From NCBI GenBank assembly GCA_050250895.1, contig JBFWNU010000002.1, forward strand, positions 320,001 to 384,000: a DNA stretch of 64,000 nt, written 5' to 3'. Below are positions 53,047 through 62,754 of this stretch, piece by piece. The first letter of the stretch is position 1. Every line of letters starts with the position of its first letter. Position numbers and translations under genes: made by a program. Below the pieces are notes generated by a model, which was not told the origin of the DNA, did no database searches, and saw only the letters and a list, made by a program, of their open reading frames with translations. Origin of the DNA: Vulcanimicrobiota bacterium. Its GTDB lineage: Bacteria > Vulcanimicrobiota > Xenobia > Xenobiales > JADMJV01.

Positions 53047-54165
53047 GTGAAAAAAATTCGTGTAGCAGTAATTTTTGGTGGGCGTTCGGGCGAGCACGAA
53101 GTGTCCATCATGTCCGCCCGCTCGGTATTAGCCCACCTCGACCCTCAGCGCTATGAGGTGGTTCCTCTAGCGATTTCGCGAGCGGGGCGTTGGTTGCCTC
53201 CCGTGGCGGCCCGAGCAGCCCTCGAGGCCGGGGTGGCCGAGTCGGATTCGGCCGGGTTGACACTTTCGCCTGGCAGTGGGGGTCAGGCGCTGGTGCCGGC
53301 CCAGGCTTCTGAAGAGCCAGTCGAGACGATCGACGTCGTTTTTCCCGTCTTGCACGGCCCCTATGGCGAAGACGGCACGATCCAGGGTCTGCTCGAGATG
53401 ACCGGGCTGCCTTACGTCGGGGCGGGCGTGCTTTCGTCGGCTGTGGGGATGGACAAGGCCATCATGAAGGCGATCTGGCAATCGGCCGGGCTGCCCCTGT
53501 TGCCCTCGACCGAACTGCTGCGCTCGCGCTGGCAACTCGAGCGCGAGACCATTTTGACCGAACTCGAGCAGATGCCCGGGCTCACCTGTTTCGTCAAACC
53601 CTGCAATCTAGGCTCGAGCGTGGGTATCAGCAAAGCCCGAGACCGGCAAGAACTGGCCCGGGCCATTGACCTGGCCTGTCGTTTCGACCGCAAGATCCTG
53701 ATCGAAAAGGCGGTCGAGAATCCTCGCGAGATCGAGTTGGCCGTGTTGGGGAACGATTTTCCCGAGGTGTCGGTGCCGGGCGAGATCATCCACGGTCAAG
53801 ACTTCTACGACTATGAAAGCAAGTATTTCAAGACCGATGGTCAGGTCACGCAGATTCCGGCTGACCTGCCCGCTGACACCGTCCAAGAACTGCAGCAGCT
53901 GGCCCTGCGGGCCTACCGCGCCCTGGACCTGTCAGGGCTTTCTCGGGTCGACTTCTTGATGGATGCCGAGGGGAGGGTCTATCTCAACGAGGTCAATACT
54001 CTGCCCGGATTTACGCCGATTTCGATGTATCCCCGCCTGTGGGAGGCCAGTGGGCTACCTTATCCCCAACTGCTCGACCGGCTCATCGAATTGGCGCTCG
54101 AGCGATTCCAGGACCGCGAGGCCAACCAATCTCGGCCGATCCTGTCCTCTACCACTCCTTCGTGA
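53047..54165 (+). CDS. ddl: D-alanine--D-alanine ligase
   Basis: GGRSGEHEVS, HGPYGEDG, GSSVG, YDYESKY and NEVNTLPG motifs. Confidence 0.97.
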   Translation: MKKIRVAVIFGGRSGEHEVSIMSARSVLAHLDPQRYEVVPLAISRAGRWLPPVAARAALEAGVAESDSAGLTLSPGSGGQALVPAQASEEPVETIDVVFPVLHGPYGEDGTIQGLLEMTGLPYVGAGVLSSAVGMDKAIMKAIWQSAGLPLLPSTELLRSRWQLERETILTELEQMPGLTCFVKPCNLGSSVGISKARDRQELARAIDLACRFDRKILIEKAVENPREIELAVLGNDFPEVSVPGEIIHGQDFYDYESKYFKTDGQVTQIPADLPADTVQELQQLALRAYRALDLSGLSRVDFLMDAEGRVYLNEVNTLPGFTPISMYPRLWEASGLPYPQLLDRLIELALERFQDREANQSRPILSSTTPS

Positions 54166-55186
54166 TCAGCTTGCGCTGGGCCTGAAGAGCCAGGTTGACC
54201 AGGTTCTGGAAGGTTCCCACGCGGCGGTCGACAGCCAGTTGCATGGTGACGGCCTGGTCGGGGAAGTAAGCCACCAGGATGGAAATCTCCTGGGGGGGGG
54301 TCGTAGCCGGCTTGGCCTCGGCCGGGACCTCGAGGGATTTGAGTTCTGGTCTCTTCGCCTCGAGAGTGGTGGGGATCGACTGAAAGGCCGGGGCCCCCGC
54401 CGCGTCCGTGCGCCCCGGGTCGAGCAGATCCGGTCTGGCCGGGCCCACCGTCGGAATCTCGTCAAAAGGCCGCGCGTTCGGACTGGGGGCCGGTGCGGCC
54501 GGCTCGGGCTGCTCGGGTTGAGGCGCGGCGATTTCAAGGTGGGTCAAGAAGGCGTCGGCGCCGATGCCCTCGATGCGCTCACGATCGGGGGCAGCCGCCC
54601 GCAGGGCCATGAACGCATCCTCGGCTCGAAAGCTGGTGGTGCCGCCGAACAGCGAGATCTCGAAGAATTCTTCACCGTTCTCGCTGTAGCGGGCCTGGGA
54701 AAAGGCGGTCGGTGTCTCGAAGTCACGCGGAACCAGGCGTTCGGCGGCAGTCACCACGCGGGGTCGCAGCAAAGCCGACGGTTTGGCCGTGTCCGGAGTC
54801 AGGCTCGACCAGACATCGGGAGTCGCCTCGGGACGTTCCTCGGCCGCCGCTAACTGGGCCCGAACCTCTTCCGGCAGTTCTCTGGGCAGGGCCGGATTGA
54901 GGTCGGCGAACGGAGGCAGGGTCCATTGGGCCGGAGGAGCCACCGTGCGCTGGTTGGACTCGGGAGCCACCGCGATGCCCTCGAGCGGTGGTCCGCTGAC
55001 CTCGAGTAGCGAAGGATTCTGGCTCGAGGCGTCGCGCAGACGCTGCTTGCAGTTGGTGATCTCTCGCACGTCACCCCGTTCGATCAGCCGACCGGCAAGA
55101 TCGGGCGGGTAGCGCAAGGCGGAGTCCTGGGCCCAGGCGCCAAGACCGGTCAAGAGAATTAAGGCGATCAACCATCCACGCATCAT
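54149..55186 (-). CDS. Secreted Pro-rich hypothetical protein
   Basis: Signal peptide MMRGWLIALILLTGLGAWA. Confidence 0.65.
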   Translation of the reverse strand: MMRGWLIALILLTGLGAWAQDSALRYPPDLAGRLIERGDVREITNCKQRLRDASSQNPSLLEVSGPPLEGIAVAPESNQRTVAPPAQWTLPPFADLNPALPRELPEEVRAQLAAAEERPEATPDVWSSLTPDTAKPSALLRPRVVTAAERLVPRDFETPTAFSQARYSENGEEFFEISLFGGTTSFRAEDAFMALRAAAPDRERIEGIGADAFLTHLEIAAPQPEQPEPAAPAPSPNARPFDEIPTVGPARPDLLDPGRTDAAGAPAFQSIPTTLEAKRPELKSLEVPAEAKPATTPPQEISILVAYFPDQAVTMQLAVDRRVGTFQNLVNLALQAQRKLITKEW

Positions 55187-55230
55187 TTCTGGCCTCTTAT
55201 GCTCCTCTTTGGAGAATTCCTCTGGAACAC

Positions 55231-55259
55231 AAAAAGACCCGGCCCTCGGGACGGGTCTT
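55231..55259 (-). terminator. Intrinsic terminator upstream of the 54149-55186 gene
   Basis: Minus strand AAGACCCG...CGGGTCTTTTT. Confidence 0.7.
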
Positions 55260-55479
55260 CCAGGATGCTGTCGCCGCGTCTCAGCCACCTACCACGGCTC
55301 CCGCCGACACTAGTTCGGCACTCCATCGAGCACTCATCGCACTCACAGCACGCAGGTAAGATACTGCTCCGGGGGGGCTGAATGATGAACAGGTTGTTAA
55401 AGCGGGGCAAAAGTCCCTAACGTGAGCATCCCCTGACGGCGCAGGGGAGCCCCCACCGGCGCCCCGAAAGCCCTTTCCC

Positions 55480-56859
55480 ATGATGAAGTTGCGCTTTCTT
55501 GGGGCGGCCGGGACCGTGACCGGCTCGAAATACTTGATCGAGACCCGGGGCCACCGGTTCATGATCGACTGCGGCCTCTTTCAGGGCGAGAAAGAGATTC
55601 GGGCCCGCAACTGGCAAGAGCTACCCATCGACCCCACCGGCGTCGAGGCGGTGGTGCTCACCCACGCTCACATCGACCATACCGGCTACCTACCTCGCTT
55701 CACCCGCGATGGTTTTGACGGCCCCATTCATTGCACCGACGGCACCAAAGAGTTGACCGAGTTGCTGCTTCGCGATTCGGCTCGCTTGCAAGAAGAGCAA
55801 GCCAACTTCATGAACCGTAAGCGCCTGTCGAAGCACAAGCCGGCTCTGCCGCTGTATTCGATCGTCGACGCCGAAGACTGTCTGCGCCACCTCGAGTCCC
55901 ATCCCTATCACCAGCCTTTCGAAGTCGTGCCCGGAGTCACGGTGACCTACTCTGACGCTGGACACATCCTCGGTTCCGCCTGGTTGGCGCTCGACATCGG
56001 CCCCCACCGTATCGTGTTTTCGGGCGACCTGGGCCGGCGCGAGGCCCCGATCCTACGCGATCCCGAGCCACCCGGCCGAGCCGACTACCTGATTCTCGAA
56101 TCGACCTATGGCGATCGTCTGCACGGCGAGCACGACATCGAAGGCAACCTGATGCAAATCATCCGCCGCACCGTCGACCGCCGCGGGGTGCTGGTCATAC
56201 CGGCTTTCGCCGTCGAGCGCACCCAGGAGATTCTCTATATTCTCAACGGCCTGGCACGCAGCCACGGCATGCCGCGCATCCAGGTCTTCATCGACTCGCC
56301 GATGGCGGTGCGGGCCACCCGAACCTTCCGCAAGTTCCCTCAGTATTACGACGAAGAGGCGTTCGCCCGGGTGGCCAACGGCGACGATTTGCTCGATTTT
56401 CCCAATCTCAAGTTGTGCGAGTCGGTGGCCGAGTCGAAGGCGATCCTCAATTATAAGCCGCCCTTCATCGTCATCTCGGCCAGCGGCATGGCCACCGGCG
56501 GTCGCATCCTCCATCACCTCAGGAATTATCTTCCTGATGCCCGCAACCAGGTGCTGCTGGTTGGTTATCAGTCGGTGGGGTCGCGTGGCTGGCGATTGCA
56601 GAATGGCGAGGACCGCATCAAGATTTTCGGCGAGTGGGTGCCAGTCAAAGCCTCGGTCGACAAGCTCGAGGGCTTTTCCGGCCACGCCGACTACGAGGAA
56701 ATCGATCTCTGGCTCCAGGGGCTCGAAGGAACCCCGCAAACGACCTTTCTCACCCACGGCGACCCTTCCGCCCTCGAGGCTCAGCGAGCGCGTCTGGCCG
56801 GTCGCGGCTGGCACGTGGTCGTCCCAGAGCATCTTCAAGAAGTGGAACTGCCCCTGTGA
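55480..56859 (+). CDS. MBL-fold beta-CASP RNA-processing nuclease
   Basis: DCGLFQG, THAHIDH, AGHILGS, SGD, ESTYG, SGM..GG and SGHAD motifs. Confidence 0.95.
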   Translation: MMKLRFLGAAGTVTGSKYLIETRGHRFMIDCGLFQGEKEIRARNWQELPIDPTGVEAVVLTHAHIDHTGYLPRFTRDGFDGPIHCTDGTKELTELLLRDSARLQEEQANFMNRKRLSKHKPALPLYSIVDAEDCLRHLESHPYHQPFEVVPGVTVTYSDAGHILGSAWLALDIGPHRIVFSGDLGRREAPILRDPEPPGRADYLILESTYGDRLHGEHDIEGNLMQIIRRTVDRRGVLVIPAFAVERTQEILYILNGLARSHGMPRIQVFIDSPMAVRATRTFRKFPQYYDEEAFARVANGDDLLDFPNLKLCESVAESKAILNYKPPFIVISASGMATGGRILHHLRNYLPDARNQVLLVGYQSVGSRGWRLQNGEDRIKIFGEWVPVKASVDKLEGFSGHADYEEIDLWLQGLEGTPQTTFLTHGDPSALEAQRARLAGRGWHVVVPEHLQEVELPL

Positions 56860-57674
56860 TCTTCTTTGGCGCCCAACCTCCGGGACCCAATTCGGGTTGC
56901 CATCTCTATGGTTTGCCCTTCGAATCACCCGGTGATTGCCGGGGCGGGGCCTCGGCCGGCACCCGCTCGGTGCGCGAAGCCTCGTCTTTGCTCGAGACCT
57001 ACGTGCCGCGCTACGGGCGCGATTTTCTCGACCTGAAGGTGGCCGATCACGGCGATCTCGACTGCTCGAGCTTTGACCAGATGCGCGCCAGCCTCGAGCA
57101 AATCGAGCCCCGACCCATCTTCCTGGGCGGCGACCACACGATCGCCGAGGCCACGGTCGAGGCGGTGGCTCGCGCTCACCCCGACCTGGTGGTACTGACT
57201 TTTGATGCCCATCTCGATGCCTTCGATGTCTATGAGGGCGACCGGCATGCCCACGCCACCTGGGTTCGCCGGGTGGGCGAGCAGCTGGGCCGTGGACGCG
57301 TCTGGGTGATCGGTATTCGGGCCTATACCCGCGAGGAAGAGGACTACGTTCGCCACCACCAGCGCATGCTGCCCCTCCACGAGGTCGACCTCGAGACGGC
57401 TACGCGGGCGGCCGTGGCCGAGATCGGCGACCGGCCCGTCTACATCAGCATCGATGTCGATGTGCTCGATCCCGCCTATGCGCCCGGCGTGGGCAACCCC
57501 GAAGGGCTGGGAGCCACCAACCGTGAGCTGTGGAAGGCAATCGAACTGTGCGCTGGCCTGAACGTCGTAGCCTTCGACGTGCTCGAGGTCATCCCCCGAC
57601 TCGACACCAGCCTGCGCACCTCGGTCATCGCCGCCGAACTCCTCCGCGATTGCAGCCTTCTCTGGTATAGCTAG
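56856..57674 (+). CDS. speB: Agmatinase (arginase family)
   Basis: GGDH, DAHLD and SIDVDVLDP..APG motifs; GTGA coupling; adjacent to speE. Confidence 0.88.
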   Translation: MIFFGAQPPGPNSGCHLYGLPFESPGDCRGGASAGTRSVREASSLLETYVPRYGRDFLDLKVADHGDLDCSSFDQMRASLEQIEPRPIFLGGDHTIAEATVEAVARAHPDLVVLTFDAHLDAFDVYEGDRHAHATWVRRVGEQLGRGRVWVIGIRAYTREEEDYVRHHQRMLPLHEVDLETATRAAVAEIGDRPVYISIDVDVLDPAYAPGVGNPEGLGATNRELWKAIELCAGLNVVAFDVLEVIPRLDTSLRTSVIAAELLRDCSLLWYS

Positions 57675-57806
57675 CGGCCTCCGGGCCCCTGGGAGCTCTC
57701 CCCGTCGGCCACAGGCCGACATCTCCGCGCGTAGCGCACGGCTCCTTTTCCCGGCGCAGCCGCTCCCGGGGGGGATAAGTCCGGACGATGGCGTATTGGC
57801 CGCGCT

Positions 57807-58664
57807 ATGGATTTGTGGTTTACCGAAGACTATCACGACGGCTGGGAACTCTCGGTTAGGGTCAACGAGGTGTTGGTTACCGAGACCAGTCCTTATCAGC
57901 GCATCGACATTCTCCAAACCCGAGACTTCGGGCGGATGCTGGTGCTCGACGGCAAGGTGCAGGCCTGCGAACTCGACGAGTTCATCTATCACGAGATGAT
58001 GGCTCACGTAACCCTATTGACCCATCCCAATCCCCGTCGGGTGTTGGTGGCCGGGGGCGGCGATGGGGGAGCCATGCGCGAGGTCATGCGCCATCCCAGC
58101 GTCGAGCGCGGCGTGCTGGTGGATATCGACGAGCGGGTTATTCAGCTGTGCAACCAGTTCATGCCAACTCTCTCTGAGGGCCTGGCCAGAGAGCCCCGGC
58201 TGGTGACCGCCCCGGCCGATGCGGCCGAGTATCTGCGCAAGGCTCGTGACCTGGATGTCATCCTGGTCGACTCGAGCGACCCGGTGGGTCCCTCCGAGGC
58301 GCTCTTTCAGATGGATTTCTATCGCAGCCTCAAGAACGCCCTGGCTCCCGGCGGCATGGTCTGCCTACAGGCGGGCTCGCCCTTCTTCTATCGCGACCAG
58401 ATCGTGACGATGGTGCGCCAGTTGCGCGAGGTCTTTCCGGTGGTGCGACTGGGTATCATTCCGGTGCCTACCTATCCCAGTGGTAACTGGTGTTTGGCTT
58501 TCGCTTCGCTAGAGACCGATCCGGGCTCCATCGACGCTGGCCTGCTCGAGCGTCGTCAGCGCGAGCGCGGCTTCACCACCCGCTACTACACCCCCCAGAT
58601 GCATCACGCCGCCATGGTCCTGCCGCCGTTTTTGAGCGAGCGTCTCGAGCCGGTGCCGGTCTGA
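57807..58664 (+). CDS. speE: Polyamine aminopropyltransferase (spermidine synthase)
   Basis: LDG..Q..E.DEFIYHEM, GGGDGG and DSSDPVGP motifs. Confidence 0.95.
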   Translation: MDLWFTEDYHDGWELSVRVNEVLVTETSPYQRIDILQTRDFGRMLVLDGKVQACELDEFIYHEMMAHVTLLTHPNPRRVLVAGGGDGGAMREVMRHPSVERGVLVDIDERVIQLCNQFMPTLSEGLAREPRLVTAPADAAEYLRKARDLDVILVDSSDPVGPSEALFQMDFYRSLKNALAPGGMVCLQAGSPFFYRDQIVTMVRQLREVFPVVRLGIIPVPTYPSGNWCLAFASLETDPGSIDAGLLERRQRERGFTTRYYTPQMHHAAMVLPPFLSERLEPVPV

Positions 58665-59191
58665 GTATCGATTGGGTCATTCTCGACCGTGACGGGACCA
58701 TTATCCACGACCGGCACTATCTGAGTGATCCGGCTCTGGTCGAGTTCTTGCCCGGGGCCGTCGAGGGATTGACCCGGTTGAAGCAGTTGGGGCTGCCCCT
58801 GGTGGTGGTGACCAACCAGTCTGGCCTCGGCCGGGGCTATTTCAACCAGCAGGCCTTCGAAGCCGTGCACGCCCGCTTCGAGGCTTTGCTGGCCGAGCAA
58901 GACCTGAGCCTGGCCGGCATGTTTTATTGCCCGCATCATCCCCAGGCGGATTGTCCGTGCCGTAAGCCGGCCCCCGGGCTGGGGCTCGAGGCTGCCCGCC
59001 AATTGGGGCTGACGCCCGAGCGGGCCCTGGTGGTGGGCGATAAAGAGTCGGATGTCGAATTTGGACGCAACCTGGGGGCGGCCATGACTTGCCTGGTGGG
59101 GTCCGGGCCCAGCCAGGCCGATCATTGCGTGAGCGACTTAGGTGCGCTGGCCGCTCTGATTGACGCGCGGGCCGGGCACGACCGGGTCTGA
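58661..59191 (+). CDS. gmhB: D-glycero-D-manno-heptose 1,7-bisphosphate phosphatase (HAD IIIA)
   Basis: LDRDGT, VTNQSG, CPH....C.CRKP and GDK.SD motifs; apparent CTG start. Confidence 0.88.
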   Translation: MSIDWVILDRDGTIIHDRHYLSDPALVEFLPGAVEGLTRLKQLGLPLVVVTNQSGLGRGYFNQQAFEAVHARFEALLAEQDLSLAGMFYCPHHPQADCPCRKPAPGLGLEAARQLGLTPERALVVGDKESDVEFGRNLGAAMTCLVGSGPSQADHCVSDLGALAALIDARAGHDRV

Positions 59192-61222
59192 ATAAATCCA
59201 CTCTCCGCGCACCACTTCGACCACGTAGATCGGGCGGGCTTCGAGTACCTGACCCGGTGAGAACTTGCCGGTAACTCCTTCGGAGACGGTGGTGCGCATG
59301 ACCTGACCGAGGGTCTTGGGATCGGTACCCTGCTCTTCGAGCAAGCGAGCCACCATTTCCAGGGCGTCATAAGCCTGAGCGGCCCGGATCGAGGGGATGC
59401 GGTTGGCGAACATCCGCTTGTATTCTTCGAGGAACGGTCCGGGGACAGGCTTGAACTGGGTGGTGATGACCACCCCCTCGGGAGCGTCGGGCTCGAAAGG
59501 AGCGATCTCGGTGGCGATGGCCGGGTCGAGCCCCTCCTCGCGCACCTTGCGCACAATCTCGCGCACCAGACCGCCGCGATAGTCCGACACGAACAGCAGC
59601 TTGGGAGGGTCAGCCACCAGCGCCGCGACGCAAGGCGCGAAATCCTGGTCGCGATAGCCCAGCTCGCGGTCGAGCTTGCCGCCGCCGAGCTCGAACTGCT
59701 GCACGAATTCATCGGCCATGCTGCGACAGACCACGTCTTGCTCGTTGAAGACCACCGAGACCTGCTCGAATCCCTCGCGCCGGAAGTGGTCCGCCAGGGC
59801 CCGCACGCGCCGGGTGTCGGGGTCGGCCGTCGAAAAGACGTAGGGCCCGGCGTCAAACACCCGGGGGTCCGAAGAAACCGGGGTCAATAGAGGCACCTGA
59901 GCGTTGTTGAAAAGCTGGGCCACGGCCAGGGTGTGCTGGGAGGAGTACATCCCCAGGCAGAGGGGATAAGCCTTGTCGCGCAAGATGGTCTGGGCGTAGC
60001 TGATTGCCTTGTCGACCTGAGCCTGGTCATTGAAGACGTCGAGCACCACCGGCAACCCGCGCACACCGCCCCGGCGGTTGATCTCGGCCTGGGCCAGGGC
60101 ATAGCCGTAGAGCAACTCGTAGCCTCCGCCGGCCCGGTCGGTCAGGGTCGTGACCACGGGGATCTTCTGATACTTCTGCCCGGCCACCCGGGCATAGCCG
60201 TTCTGCAGCAAGATATGGGCCAGGCCGTCGAGGGGGTCGCGGGTGACCAGGTCGTTGAGGATGGCGATGGCCTCTTCATACTCGCCCCGGGCCAGCAAGA
60301 GTTCGGCCCGGTCGCGGTCGGCCGCCCCGGGCGAGGCGAAGCTGGAGGAGTCCTTGTGCTGGCGGTTGAGCCAGAGGGCCGCCCCCAGCACCAGGCCGAC
60401 CAGCAGGATGGCTCCGAGGAGCAAGGGCACCCGGCGGGGCAGCCGCCGCTGAGCCCGGGCCCCGGCCAGCAACTCTTCGAGCCGTAAGGTGACCGAATCA
60501 GCACTGGGAAAGCGTTTCTCTGGCTTGGGCTCGAGGCAGCGCTCGACCAGAGCGACGGTGCCGCGGGACAGCTGCGGGGCCAGTCTGGACAGGTTGTTGT
60601 GACCGGTCGGATTGGGAGCTTTGCCGGTCAGGGCGAAAAAGAGCGTGGCTCCGAGTGAATAGAGATCCGAGCGGGGGTCCTCGGAACCGCCCTCCAGGTG
60701 CTGCTCGGGCGGGGTAAAGGCCACCGCACCGCGCGATTGGGTGCCTCTCTGGCCCGGCTCGAGGTAGCGGGCCAGACCGAAGTCCACCAGCTTGATATGG
60801 CGGTCGGGAGTCACGATCACCCGCTCGGGGCGAAGGTCGCGAAAAAGAACCGGCTTGGGCAGGCTGTGCAGATAACCGAGCACACGAGAGATCTGCACCG
60901 CCCAGCGCAGGGCCTCGAATTCGTTGATCGGACCCTCTTTAGCCACCGTGGTGGTCAGGTTCTCGCCCTCGACGAATTCGAGCACCAGAAAATTCTCGTC
61001 GTTTTCGGCGAAGTGGTCGATGACGGCCGGCAAGTTGCGGTGACGCAGTCCGAGCATGATCTCGACCTCGCGCCCCAGGGCCGGGCCCGAGGTCATCTTT
61101 TTGACAGCCCACTGCTTGCCGGGAAGATGCAAGTCTTTGCACAGGTGAACGCTACCCGTCTCGCCCTGGCCCAGGTATTCGAGCACCTCGTAGCGGCCCT
61201 GCAAGATGCGCCCCGTTTCCAT
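59138..61222 (-). CDS. Membrane Ser/Thr kinase-like protein with extracellular TPR and branched-chain amino acid-type solute-binding domain
   Basis: Kinase fold (AVK, RDLRPER, DFG), TM helix, and LAQAEIN..GG..G solute-binding motif. Confidence 0.88.
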   Translation of the reverse strand: METGRILQGRYEVLEYLGQGETGSVHLCKDLHLPGKQWAVKKMTSGPALGREVEIMLGLRHRNLPAVIDHFAENDENFLVLEFVEGENLTTTVAKEGPINEFEALRWAVQISRVLGYLHSLPKPVLFRDLRPERVIVTPDRHIKLVDFGLARYLEPGQRGTQSRGAVAFTPPEQHLEGGSEDPRSDLYSLGATLFFALTGKAPNPTGHNNLSRLAPQLSRGTVALVERCLEPKPEKRFPSADSVTLRLEELLAGARAQRRLPRRVPLLLGAILLVGLVLGAALWLNRQHKDSSSFASPGAADRDRAELLLARGEYEEAIAILNDLVTRDPLDGLAHILLQNGYARVAGQKYQKIPVVTTLTDRAGGGYELLYGYALAQAEINRRGGVRGLPVVLDVFNDQAQVDKAISYAQTILRDKAYPLCLGMYSSQHTLAVAQLFNNAQVPLLTPVSSDPRVFDAGPYVFSTADPDTRRVRALADHFRREGFEQVSVVFNEQDVVCRSMADEFVQQFELGGGKLDRELGYRDQDFAPCVAALVADPPKLLFVSDYRGGLVREIVRKVREEGLDPAIATEIAPFEPDAPEGVVITTQFKPVPGPFLEEYKRMFANRIPSIRAAQAYDALEMVARLLEEQGTDPKTLGQVMRTTVSEGVTGKFSPGQVLEARPIYVVEVVRGEWIYSDPVVPGPRVNQSGQRT

Positions 61223-61776
61223 CAAGCGGTCAGTTCTCCATAGAGCCAGCAGCCAGGCGCGTCGGCGTCGTCACCGAGGTGAAACTCGGCCGCCAGTTGC
61301 AGCGCCTCGTCCCACGAGATATGTCCGTCGCCATTGAGATCCAGCCTGGAGAAGATGGTGTCGACATCTTCGCTCAGGCCGTGAGCCTCTAGAAAGGTCT
61401 GATAGTCGGCCTTGCAGATCCGTCCGTCCGAGTCGATATCGAGGGCCTCGAACAGGGCTCGGGCGAACTGCTCGAACCAGGCCGGTACCGAGTCGCTGGT
61501 GGGCAGTTGCTGGTAGAAATTTTCCCAGGTAGTGAGCCACTCGGTTTGGGTGACCATGCCGTCGCCATTGATGTCGGCGGTCGATTGCAACGATTCCCAA
61601 TTCTTGGCCAACATGGTCTGCAGCCGCTGATAGTCGGGATGGTCCTGGCCCCAGCCTCGACGCTGGCTCAAGAACTCGAGCACGCGGCGATAGTCCTCTA
61701 GTTCGATGACCCCGTTGCCGTCGACATCGGTAACCGCGAACAGCTTCAACAGTTTGCGCCGGCGCAGAGGGCTCAC
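61222..61776 (-). CDS. Four-EF-hand calcium-binding protein (calerythrin-like)
   Basis: DVDGNGVIE, DINGDGMVT..E, DIDSDGRI and DLNGDGHIS..E loops; GTGA and TGATG couplings. Confidence 0.9.
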   Translation of the reverse strand: MSPLRRRKLLKLFAVTDVDGNGVIELEDYRRVLEFLSQRRGWGQDHPDYQRLQTMLAKNWESLQSTADINGDGMVTQTEWLTTWENFYQQLPTSDSVPAWFEQFARALFEALDIDSDGRICKADYQTFLEAHGLSEDVDTIFSRLDLNGDGHISWDEALQLAAEFHLGDDADAPGCWLYGELTA

Positions 61777-62690
61777 GGCACCATCGCCTTCGCTACGCGG
61801 TCCAGGGCCATCTGCACGCTGGCCAGCGGAACCACCTGGCAGCCCGGGGCCGGAGCCACCCACCACTGGTCCTTTTTCCGTCGAATCTCGATCCAGAAGT
61901 GTTGGGTGAATTCGTCCTCGACCGTGATCACCTCTTGCAGACCTCGCTCCGCTGAGGCATCGTAGACAAACGACTTGAACTCGACCGTCATGGAGCCGTG
62001 CAGATCGTCGGGCTGATAGCGCTCTGGCGCGAAGCTCGGGCAGCGTAGTCTTTCCAGGGTAACCTCCTGCGGAGCGTTGATTTCGAAGTGTTCGGTCTTG
62101 GTCAGGTCGAGTCGGTAGAATTCGACCTGACCCCCTTCTTGCCATTTCCGCTCGTACTTCGTGTGGTGCTCGGGCCCGATGGCGGTCACCGTGGCGGCAA
62201 AACCTCCTCCGGGCGCCTCGTCGACGATCTCGTCGCGATAGACGGCATGGTCGGTGACCACCGTCAGCGAGCCGTCGGGCCGTAGGCGGCTGTTCACCAA
62301 TTGCAGAAACTGGTGGCGAAAGAGACGATTCTTGGCGTGGCGTTTCTTGGGCCAGGGGCAGGGAAACAGCGCGTAGACGCGGTCGATGCTGGCCGGGGCG
62401 AAGGCAAAGGCCAGGGCCGCCCGGGCGTCCTCCCACAGCAGGCGGGCGTTGCCGACCTGCTCCTGGTGCAGCTTGCGCAGGGTCCGTCGCAGCGAGCCCC
62501 AGGTCAGTTCGATGCCGACCAGGTTGAGTTCGGGATGGGAGGCTGCGCGGCGCACGAGATACTCGCCGTTGCCGAAGCCGATCTCGACCTCGAGGCGGGC
62601 CTGGCGGCCGAACTCGGTCGACCAATCGAGCGGTCGGGAACGCTCTTTCCAGGCCACCATGGGGGCCAGTGCCAGATAACGAGCCTTCAT
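61773..62690 (-). CDS. trmB: tRNA (guanine-N7)-methyltransferase with C-terminal extension
   Basis: EIGFGNG, FPCPWPK.RH..NRL, TD and TKYE motifs. Confidence 0.9.
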   Translation of the reverse strand: MKARYLALAPMVAWKERSRPLDWSTEFGRQARLEVEIGFGNGEYLVRRAASHPELNLVGIELTWGSLRRTLRKLHQEQVGNARLLWEDARAALAFAFAPASIDRVYALFPCPWPKKRHAKNRLFRHQFLQLVNSRLRPDGSLTVVTDHAVYRDEIVDEAPGGGFAATVTAIGPEHHTKYERKWQEGGQVEFYRLDLTKTEHFEINAPQEVTLERLRCPSFAPERYQPDDLHGSMTVEFKSFVYDASAERGLQEVITVEDEFTQHFWIEIRRKKDQWWVAPAPGCQVVPLASVQMALDRVAKAMVP

Positions 62691-62754
62691 GGCCCACACG
62701 TTCTCCCCGTCACGGTTTCAACCATTTTTCAGCTCGCAAGTTTACCTTCGGAGT

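Noticed and set aside
55260-55380. 6S RNA or fluoride riboswitch
   Set aside because: Too short for 6S and lacks its central features; CGATGGAG lacks the downstream crcB pseudoknot partner
61222-62697. 491-aa ORF as a single protein
   Set aside because: The N-terminal part overlaps trmB out of frame; the real EF-hand gene starts at GTG 61776
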